In this document: piece after piece, positions 57,127 to 64,000 of the stretch
Layout: each line of letters opens with the position of its first letter
How positions within the stretch are numbered: position 1 is the first letter of the stretch
Program-made: the position numbers and the translations under genes
Virus record (IMG/VR): IMGVR_UViG_3300031413_000003
Span: 1-64,000 of that record
Length of the DNA stretch: 64,000 nucleotides
Source of the DNA: a virus
Direction: 5' to 3' (one strand)
The notes under the pieces: generated by a model
What the model was told of the DNA's origin: nothing
What the model saw: the letters and a program-made list of their open reading frames with translations, nothing else
Database searches by the model: none

Positions 57127-57927
57127 ATGAATTACAATTTTGTATCCCATGTAAAAAACCCTGTTACCCTTCACGTAGCAGGGATCGAGGATTTAGGTTT
57201 CGGTGAGGCTCTGAATCTGTTTTTTAAAGAGTTCTTTACAGAGACGGACCGTAAGCTGGCGCAATTTAAGTCAAGTTTACATACTATTAATTGGCAGCCA
57301 GTTGAACAAGATTTATCTAAACGCAAGGTGCTGTTTGTAAACAATGCCAATGTGCGTTTGCCGGTGCCAACCTACTTCAATGGCGGTGAAGGCGAAATGG
57401 CATACTACGTCGATAATATTGTCGGCGCGGTAATTGTGGTGGAAGGTTTCAAAACTGAGATCCAACGTTTCTACGAGTGGATGAAGAAAGTTGTGAAACT
57501 GGGTCGCATCGAAAGTGCCTACAAATGGACCGTGACGGGCTATGATTCACACGTCGGTAAAGTCAGCGCGTTCATCAAAGAACTGGAAGAAGGCCCTAAG
57601 ACTGCCAAGACCGGTGAAGTGTATATCAACTTCCAGGAAGCGTTTGGTCTGATGAACCGTTACAACCAGGCGTGTAAAGGCATTGGTGCTCGTGACGCAG
57701 AAGTCATGGCGCGTGATCTCAAGAATGTCTACGAAGTAGGCAACCTGCTGGTCAGCAAGATCAAGAACGGCGATATCATCGTTGACGCTTACGTGATCAA
57801 AGGCGTCCAGGAGAAGGTTAGCATGTTTAATGAACTGACTTCTATTGTGGGTGGCTGCCTGGGTCTGATGAACGAACTGAACGCGGTGTTTGATAGCCAG
57901 CTGGAAGAGTTCAAGAAGTTTAAGTAA
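57127..57927 (+). CDS. Putative virion protein (phiKZ gp153-like by position)
   Basis: N-terminal VAGIED candidate protease site; helical; divergent from uvsX. Confidence 0.55.
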   Translation: MNYNFVSHVKNPVTLHVAGIEDLGFGEALNLFFKEFFTETDRKLAQFKSSLHTINWQPVEQDLSKRKVLFVNNANVRLPVPTYFNGGEGEMAYYVDNIVGAVIVVEGFKTEIQRFYEWMKKVVKLGRIESAYKWTVTGYDSHVGKVSAFIKELEEGPKTAKTGEVYINFQEAFGLMNRYNQACKGIGARDAEVMARDLKNVYEVGNLLVSKIKNGDIIVDAYVIKGVQEKVSMFNELTSIVGGCLGLMNELNAVFDSQLEEFKKFK

Positions 57928-57943
57928 CAAAAAAATAAGGAAC

Positions 57944-57975
57944 TATAACTCCTACCCGCAAGGGTAGGAGTTATA
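57944..57975. terminator. Bidirectional terminator (conserved hairpin family)
   Basis: TATAACTCCTACCC-GCAA-GGGTAGGAGTTATA. Confidence 0.88.
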
Positions 57976-57978
57976 TAT

Positions 57979-58248
57979 TCATTTCGGTAAGTTTTCTTTG
58001 ATCCAGTTCGCTGTTGCGTTACGGTATTTCATTTCTGCCTCCATCATTTTAACTTCATCCATGATGGAAAGAAGGCGGCTCGCGATCAACGCTCTTTTTT
58101 CATCAACGTTATCAGTTGAGAATTTGATATCAGCTAGGTCTAAACGGAGTTCACCGAGTTGCTTCTTCAAAGAATCACTTCTAGTAAGTAATTCATCCAT
58201 GATGTGGTTGATCCGATTATACCGTTCCAGTTCATCAATGCGTGACAT
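57979..58248 (-). CDS. Small coiled-coil protein (89 aa)
   Basis: TAATG coupling; GGAGG RBS; heptad pattern. Confidence 0.7.
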   Translation of the reverse strand: MSRIDELERYNRINHIMDELLTRSDSLKKQLGELRLDLADIKFSTDNVDEKRALIASRLLSIMDEVKMMEAEMKYRNATANWIKENLPK

Positions 58249-58901
58249 TAATAGAGTCCTCCACTATGACGTGTCATCCCCCGCCACTGGCGCGTCCCTT
58301 TCTTTCCTTCATCTGTCCACTGAGAAGTCCGGGGAATAGGTTCATGCCCACTACCAAAACAACCTGGGTTCATTGAAGACATTTTTTCAAATACTTCTTT
58401 AGGAACCTTGATCTCGCTGTAGGTGAATTTGTGGTACATAGTTTCAAAGGCTGTGTCATCAAACGTCCTGTATACGTTCCCACAAAGCAATGAAGTGTGT
58501 GGGTGAGTAGAATAGAAAGGCAACCCATCTTCATTTACTAACAGCGTTCGATAGAATTTCTGTAGCTCGGTACCCTTAGTAAGATAGTAATTGAGAGTAT
58601 CCTCGTCCAACTGAACCGGGGACTTATAACGCCTGACCTGATCGACATTGTTAAAATCAATCGGGTAAATTACGTTCCCTGTTTGTGCCTTATACTGGGG
58701 GTCTTGTACCAGCTCTTTACACTGCTCACGCAAGCGAAAATCAGACACAGCAAAATATGGAGAATACCAACGAAAAAGATCTTCCACATTTATATCCTTA
58801 CGACCAGCTTTAACCTTGGCTCTTTCATTAAGCAACAAAAACGTAACAAAAGAACAAATAGAACTCTTACGAACATTAGTGCCAAAAATATCTTTGTACA
58901 T
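58248..58901 (-). CDS. Hypothetical early protein (217 aa)
   Basis: AGGAG RBS; downstream of a promoter. Confidence 0.75.
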   Translation of the reverse strand: MYKDIFGTNVRKSSICSFVTFLLLNERAKVKAGRKDINVEDLFRWYSPYFAVSDFRLREQCKELVQDPQYKAQTGNVIYPIDFNNVDQVRRYKSPVQLDEDTLNYYLTKGTELQKFYRTLLVNEDGLPFYSTHPHTSLLCGNVYRTFDDTAFETMYHKFTYSEIKVPKEVFEKMSSMNPGCFGSGHEPIPRTSQWTDEGKKGTRQWRGMTRHSGGLY

Positions 58902-58949
58902 AACTAACTCCTAGACTAACTGATTAATTAAGTTGACTTATCTACCCAG

Positions 58950-58971
58950 ATAATGTAGGTCTAAGAAAAAA
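58950..58971 (-). promoter_or_regulatory. Early promoter variant
   Basis: Minus strand TTTTTTCTTAGACCTACATTAT. Confidence 0.7.
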
Positions 58972-58983
58972 TATATTATAAAA

Positions 58984-59007
58984 CACAAGGAGCCGAAGCT
59001 CCCTGTG
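58984..59007 (-). terminator. Hairpin/terminator (UUCG loop)
   Basis: CACAAGGAGC-CGAA-GCTCCCTGTG. Confidence 0.65.
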
Positions 59008-59015
59008 CTTATATA

Positions 59016-59231
59016 TTAAGAAAATCTGGTAAAGCTAACGTGGACAACACGGTCACCCTGTTGCAATAACCCGCTTTCAGAGATCACAGGACTGTCATCA
59101 TCACGAATGAAGTCCAACCACATGTCGAACCAACTGTGCATTGACCTCGCACTCAACCCAGAAATCCCACAAGGTTTATCGAGGACAACGAACTGAGGAA
59201 CGTTAACAGGTCCCGGTGGAACTCTGATCAT
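59016..59231 (-). CDS. Small hypothetical protein (71 aa)
   Basis: ATGA overlap; GAGGTG RBS. Confidence 0.6.
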   Translation of the reverse strand: MIRVPPGPVNVPQFVVLDKPCGISGLSARSMHSWFDMWLDFIRDDDSPVISESGLLQQGDRVVHVSFTRFS

Positions 59232-60757
59232 TTCTTCACCTCTTTGTTCTTAGGCGGTTCTTTGCCCAGTTCTTTGAGATTCAGTACACGCAGATTTGCA
59301 ACAGCCGACATCTGAATGTAAACCCATTCACCCGCATCCACGACGCAGAAATAACGAATCCCGTTCGGGTTCGACACATCATAACCCAACCACACCTTAA
59401 CGTTTTCTTCCGTACAGCTGTTGAAGTTGTTACGGTCAGGCATGTCATACCCAATCGACAAAATCAACGGCACTGGCTTAACGGCTTTCGGATGCTCAAC
59501 GGTAACCGTAAAGGTTGAGGTGTTCTGCTTGAACTCAGGATCCAGTTTGCGTTTGATCACACCCTTCTTGTTCTCCTCATCTTGATAGATCAAGTGAGTG
59601 ATGTCCTTGAAGTGTGTATGACCAGACGAGTTGTTGGCATCACGACGCATAAACAAGTCGAACAGGTGATGAACCTTCTCGATGTTGTTACGGACCTGAT
59701 AGCTCATAACCGGAGGATCAATCAATTCAACCAGCGTCGGTTCTTCCTTTCCTGCTGACTCAAACGGAATGTTAACGTTCTTGCCATCACGAATGCCTGG
59801 ATAAGTGTCCACGATACGAGCAACATCTTTCGACGTTACATTGCTCAGGATACCTGCTGACAGATATTCGTTGGGATTAGGAACCAGCTTGCGAGAATAG
59901 TTGAAGATCTTGTCCAGCAACTGAATCGGGGTCTTGCAGTACAGATTACCAAAGGTTACGTCCGGGGTGAGCTTTCCGTAATACTTTTTATCCGGTTCAA
60001 CTTGTCCAAAGTTGTACGCTCGATAACCGTGGTAGTCGTCGTAGAAGTTGGTGCCGTCTCCGGTATTGAAGTACCAGCGACCGCCGCACACAATCTTGTT
60101 AAAATCTGTTTCAGGCGATTCATACTCTTTCTTACTCATGACTTCAAAGAAAACACGTTTCTTGCCGCCAGGAACCGTTTCAATTTTACCCAAGCCGGAT
60201 TGCTTGCTGGCGAGCTTCATGCCAGGACCGCCCTCTACTGCGGCGTCAGTATTAAAGATAACTTTGTTACCTTTGGCTAACCAGTCAGCATAACCAGCCT
60301 GAATGGATTTAAGATCAGACACTTCTCCCGGGGACAGCTCGTGCTTCGCGAAGACCCAGTTCGCTTCTTCCAACTTCTTCATGTCCAACTTCACCAGCTT
60401 TTCTACCAGCGCGAGTTTGGAAATGATACAGATGTTCTTGTAAGCGTCTTTGGATTCTTCTTTATACAGATGTTGGAACAACTCTTTCAACAACGCCAGT
60501 ACCGGTTCAATGACATTTCTGCCGTTGCTGACGGTGCCCAGTAGGTAGTCTTCAATGGCGACAACGGTACCCGCATTGCGTGTATTGCCGACATAATAGC
60601 CTAAAGTGGTTGGCGTCCCTTTCTGGAGTTTCTTTTTGCCTTCTTTGTCCATCAGATAAGTATAACCGTGCGCGCCCGCAATATACCGTGGGGAACGGTT
60701 AATCATTAACTCATCGACCAACAAATACAGAACGATGTTCTTCATGTTCTCTATCAT
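59228..60757 (-). CDS. RNase H-like protein (phiKZ gp155-like), catalytic motifs appear degenerate
   Basis: IVLY...GAHGYTY N-terminus and position near uvsX recall phiKZ-like RNase H. Confidence 0.45.
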   Translation of the reverse strand: MIENMKNIVLYLLVDELMINRSPRYIAGAHGYTYLMDKEGKKKLQKGTPTTLGYYVGNTRNAGTVVAIEDYLLGTVSNGRNVIEPVLALLKELFQHLYKEESKDAYKNICIISKLALVEKLVKLDMKKLEEANWVFAKHELSPGEVSDLKSIQAGYADWLAKGNKVIFNTDAAVEGGPGMKLASKQSGLGKIETVPGGKKRVFFEVMSKKEYESPETDFNKIVCGGRWYFNTGDGTNFYDDYHGYRAYNFGQVEPDKKYYGKLTPDVTFGNLYCKTPIQLLDKIFNYSRKLVPNPNEYLSAGILSNVTSKDVARIVDTYPGIRDGKNVNIPFESAGKEEPTLVELIDPPVMSYQVRNNIEKVHHLFDLFMRRDANNSSGHTHFKDITHLIYQDEENKKGVIKRKLDPEFKQNTSTFTVTVEHPKAVKPVPLILSIGYDMPDRNNFNSCTEENVKVWLGYDVSNPNGIRYFCVVDAGEWVYIQMSAVANLRVLNLKELGKEPPKNKEVKK

Positions 60758-60772
60758 GGGTTATATAACCTT

Positions 60773-60805
60773 ACTATAGGAGGGACATTACATCCCTCTT
60801 ATAGT
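60773..60805 (-). terminator. Hairpin/terminator
   Basis: ACTATAGGAGGGA-CATTACA-TCCCTCTTATAGT. Confidence 0.55.
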
Positions 60806-60820
60806 TAATTTTAAAAAAAA

Positions 60821-61228
60821 TCAATGTGACGCGGGTTTCGCTTGAGGATTGCGGCATAAAAAGAGATCGCGCTGCAAAGTAGAGTTCTCTGTATACAGAT
60901 TATCCACTTTATCAACGAGTTCACTGTTTGTTGCGCGCAGTTCAGCTGAAATCTTTTCCAGACCGCCTAAACGATCATTGACCTGGAAAAAAACATCACT
61001 GTGTTTAAGGTAGCTAACGTTCAGTTCCGTGTAATCCTGTTTTAATACCGAATAATCCATGTACTGCATAACGGACTGAAAGCAGATGACAATAACCACT
61101 ACCAATAAAAGAATTACCATTCCACAAGCGTGGCGGGCGATATCTAATATGGCAGTTTCACGTTCATCATAGTTTTTTGCCACCGATTCTATGAACCTGT
61201 CAAATAGCTCGACCCAACCCTTGAGCAT
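60821..61228 (-). CDS. Single-TM coiled-coil protein (i-spanin-like topology)
   Basis: ATG 61228 with GAGGGG RBS; TM GMVILLLVVVIVICF, then heptads, then a C-terminal Cys. Confidence 0.55.
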   Translation of the reverse strand: MLKGWVELFDRFIESVAKNYDERETAILDIARHACGMVILLLVVVIVICFQSVMQYMDYSVLKQDYTELNVSYLKHSDVFFQVNDRLGGLEKISAELRATNSELVDKVDNLYTENSTLQRDLFLCRNPQAKPASH

Positions 61229-61260
61229 ATGATTTCCCCCTCTTTTGTAAGGCCCAAACA

Positions 61261-62598
61261 ATGACAACAACGTATCTTTCTTTTGCTGAAATAGCAAAGT
61301 TGCACAACAGTAAGGCGGTGTCACCCATCGGTGAATTGTCGGTACGTGCCCGCACCTTTGAGGTCGACCCTGATGTGTTTTCTTTAGATAGTTCAACCGA
61401 AGTTGTCTTGTACAACTTTGCTGCGATCAAAGACAATGCACCTACAACGCTACCCAAAGACCTCGCCACTCGACAGTTGAACATTGCCGATTGGCTGTAT
61501 CAACAGGCGCTTGCTGGTAACTTAACACAAAGCCGAGGCGATTGCCTTGCACTGTTAAAAGCCACCTTTACCCAGGCCATCGAATTTACCGCAGTAGGGG
61601 ATATGGTAACCAACGGCAGCATTTGGTTACCGAGTGTAGTAAAAGGCAACCACCTCGTATCCGTTAACGGTGGCGCTTCAACAGACCCACAAGCTTTCGC
61701 TCTCTGGTTTGCAGATGCGTACTTCCAGGACCAGTATCCAACAGCTACTTACTTCATTGTTCACCCTGTGCCGCTAACCGAAATCGATTCGCTGTATGAG
61801 ATGAACTATCAACAGTTGGCTGCGCGTCTCGCTTTAGAGACACCAACAGTAATTGCAGATCGCGAGCATGAGATCGCTGATAATTCGCCGTATACACTGC
61901 GTAGTGTTTCGGCTTACAACGTCTACGATTTGCTTAACACACCAAGCTTCGTTGAAGCGTACTGGCGTGTGCTAACCCGCGGCAATTATGTCGAGGACTC
62001 GGTCATGGAGCAAATTCGCCAAGAAATCTTGGCTCACTCCAAGTACACCGAAGAGCAGTGGGGAGAAAAGGTTCCTGATTTGTTTAACCCGAACGAGTTC
62101 TACGGGATTATCCGTTTCGACCGTTTAGGGTTGTTAAATAAAACCAATAGTACTTCCACGCTGTCACCGATTGTTGATCATGAAACAGAATTTAAATTTG
62201 TTGACGTCTATTTGACGCCTAATATGTCAACTGATCATGTCATAAAATCGACCCAGAGCATTCCGACCCTTTATAAGTCCATGCAATACAGCATGACGGC
62301 TAAAGTAAACAACCGGGATGGCTTCCAAAAGATGTCCGATGTTCTGCCAGATTACCAGTTAATCGAGAGCACCAGTCCTGACTTTGGTTTGATCTCTGCT
62401 GACACCCGTAAGTACCTGTTGGATATGGAAAACCTGTTGGCCGCAGCAGAAGTGGTCACCGAGTTCTCTCTTCCTCCTCAGGGTATCACAACAGTTAAAC
62501 GTTTCGGCAAGCTGTGGGTGACCAAGAAAATCAACAAGGTCAAATACCTGATCTTGACCCGTTATCAGATGGTTCAGGATAAACAGATTACTCAGTAA
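61261..62598 (+). CDS. Putative virion structural protein (445 aa)
   Basis: PIGELS and PDLF motifs recalled from phiKZ-like structural proteins; late-type plus-strand pair. Confidence 0.6.
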   Translation: MTTTYLSFAEIAKLHNSKAVSPIGELSVRARTFEVDPDVFSLDSSTEVVLYNFAAIKDNAPTTLPKDLATRQLNIADWLYQQALAGNLTQSRGDCLALLKATFTQAIEFTAVGDMVTNGSIWLPSVVKGNHLVSVNGGASTDPQAFALWFADAYFQDQYPTATYFIVHPVPLTEIDSLYEMNYQQLAARLALETPTVIADREHEIADNSPYTLRSVSAYNVYDLLNTPSFVEAYWRVLTRGNYVEDSVMEQIRQEILAHSKYTEEQWGEKVPDLFNPNEFYGIIRFDRLGLLNKTNSTSTLSPIVDHETEFKFVDVYLTPNMSTDHVIKSTQSIPTLYKSMQYSMTAKVNNRDGFQKMSDVLPDYQLIESTSPDFGLISADTRKYLLDMENLLAAAEVVTEFSLPPQGITTVKRFGKLWVTKKINKVKYLILTRYQMVQDKQITQ

Positions 62599-62609
62599 GG
62601 TAATAAGGC

Positions 62610-63254
62610 ATGTCTGATACAAATGTTATCCCGTCCTATTTTGCGGCGGGGAGTTACACCGCCAACAATCCGTTTGACATGGTGGTCAAGCCGGAGAAGT
62701 ATTACAAGGTAGAGGCGCTTCGCTCAGTAAATGAAATGCTGGGTGATAATCAAAACATGTTTAAACTGATCTTCGAACCAGCAGGTGTTACTGCTACTGA
62801 TTATCAGAACATGTTGGACGATGTCACCAAACAGCAGGGTGCTATTCTGGTTTTAATCGCCAGTGACGGTAGCCGTGTTTATGTTCCCACAACTTACCTG
62901 AAATCATTTCCACTGACAGATGGTGTGAGTTATGAACGCCTGTGTTTGGTCATTGACCTCGGTGCTGTCCCGCCCGATCTCAAGAACAACATCGAAGACG
63001 TCAAGGATCACTTTGCTAATTATGCCGAAGCTCATATCGGGGTGAAAGCAAACGTCCAGGTTGGTACCATGCCGACCATTGGTTACGTGTCTGCTGAACA
63101 ACACAAGGCTAATGAAACCACGCGCTTGAACAAAATCGCGGGTTCAATGAATGACGTGGTTACAGTTGCGACGCAAGAAGAAACTATTGCCAAGCAAGCC
63201 GCCTACATCGTTCAGTTGGAAACGGCACTGAAAGCTGCACAACAAGCCAAGTAA
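62610..63254 (+). CDS. Putative virion structural protein (214 aa)
   Basis: YVPTTY..SFP...VSY..L..DLG.VP pattern; C-terminal coiled coil. Confidence 0.6.
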   Translation: MSDTNVIPSYFAAGSYTANNPFDMVVKPEKYYKVEALRSVNEMLGDNQNMFKLIFEPAGVTATDYQNMLDDVTKQQGAILVLIASDGSRVYVPTTYLKSFPLTDGVSYERLCLVIDLGAVPPDLKNNIEDVKDHFANYAEAHIGVKANVQVGTMPTIGYVSAEQHKANETTRLNKIAGSMNDVVTVATQEETIAKQAAYIVQLETALKAAQQAK

Positions 63255-63263
63255 TAAAAGAAG

Positions 63264-63295
63264 TAATACTCCTACCCGCAAGGGTAGGAGTATTA
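63264..63295. terminator. Bidirectional terminator (conserved hairpin family)
   Basis: TAATACTCCTACCC-GCAA-GGGTAGGAGTATTA; 24-nt core identical to 57948-57971. Confidence 0.88.
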
Positions 63296-63820
63296 TTATT
63301 TGTTCGTTAAAACGAAATCGATAACAGCAGAAGGAACACGTAACACAGCTTCAGCAGAATCGATCAACTCCGCTTTAACTAAATGCTGCGCGGTCATCGC
63401 CTGAGGATCTGACCAGGTGGTGTGGGTAAGACCAAACAGCTCAACCATTTTCGCCGGGAACTGCATACCAGCATAATTGGTGGTAAGCAGGTATGGGAAC
63501 CATTGACCTTCATAACGCAAGAAGCAAACTACTTCTTTACCTTCTTGTTCGTCAAAGAAGATCGGAGTAAGCAACTGCTTACCGTTCAGACACCCACTGC
63601 ACTCCCAGCCTTCAGGTGTTTCCGGTAACAGAGTGTAGTCATTATCGATGGGTTCATACTTTTCGATATTGCGCTGATGAATAAAGGTTACTGCGGCTTC
63701 TTTCGCCAGAACATCATTAATCGCGATCGCCTCAATAAAGAGTTGATAGAGCGCGCCGCGCATACCGATTAAGGAAAAGACTTCATCGTTGTTCTTTTTG
63801 GGACGAGGGGCAAGTGCCAT
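63296..63820 (-). CDS. Hypothetical protein
   Basis: ATG 63820 with AGGAG RBS. Confidence 0.75.
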   Translation of the reverse strand: MALAPRPKKNNDEVFSLIGMRGALYQLFIEAIAINDVLAKEAAVTFIHQRNIEKYEPIDNDYTLLPETPEGWECSGCLNGKQLLTPIFFDEQEGKEVVCFLRYEGQWFPYLLTTNYAGMQFPAKMVELFGLTHTTWSDPQAMTAQHLVKAELIDSAEAVLRVPSAVIDFVLTNK

Positions 63821-63835
63821 AATAAAGCTCCTGAA

Positions 63836-63863
63836 TAAACTGAGGGGTCGCACCCTCAGTTTA
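63836..63863 (-). terminator. Intrinsic terminator
   Basis: TAAACTGAGGG-GTCGCA-CCCTCAGTTTA. Confidence 0.7.
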
Positions 63864-63875
63864 GTTAACGGTTAA

Positions 63876-64000
63876 TTAGAAACGTTCGGTACGAACTTCG
63901 CCAACTTTATGCTCAGCAATTTCTGCCGGATCAGTGATCACACGCTTGGTGCTGAACGGACGCAGCAGCGAGTGGCCAGAGGTCAGCAGTTTGGTGTACA
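63876..64000 (-). CDS. 3' end of a gene entering from beyond the window (...KVGEVRTERF*)
   Basis: Open frame with biased codons ending in TAA at 63876. Confidence 0.6.
   Translation of the reverse strand, partial: YTKLLTSGHSLLRPFSTKRVITDPAEIAEHKVGEVRTERF

Noticed and set aside
61229-61396. Extended start of the 191-aa minus ORF
   Set aside because: Overlaps the divergent structural gene; the RBS supports ATG 61228
1-64000. tRNA/rRNA genes, CRISPR arrays, stop-codon recoding, introns in RNAP genes, chimallin/PhuZ
   Set aside because: None recognised by eye; core genes are intact in the standard code. tRNAscan-SE and Infernal were not run

Overview
This window is a 64-kb segment of a phiKZ/SPN3US-like jumbo phage genome (Chimalliviridae-type gene order, probably an enterobacterial host). 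All assignments come from motif recognition and recalled synteny; no searches were run. Core genes: large terminase with an Ala-initiated (class 3-type, WCT) intein in Walker A, three baseplate/virion genes, tail sheath, tail tube, prohead protease, four split virion RNA polymerase subunits (betaN, betaC, beta'N with DADHDGD, probable beta'C), a modular endolysin, a 2544-aa tape-measure-like protein carrying both GH19 and M15-like muralytic domains, UvsX, thymidylate kinase and an RNase H-like protein. Islands of small accessory genes lie between these. All are on the minus strand and follow a conserved early-promoter motif (TTAGACCTATATTAC-like), often just downstream of a stem-loop. Main leads: a divergent DUF2829/Tad2-like domain, two early-expressed periplasmic Cys-pair proteins, a shared N-terminal G-x-E head-protein leader, a sequence-conserved hairpin family, PeSL-like promoter cassettes and a highly structured ~200-nt intergenic element. 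No tRNA, rRNA or CRISPR array was seen.
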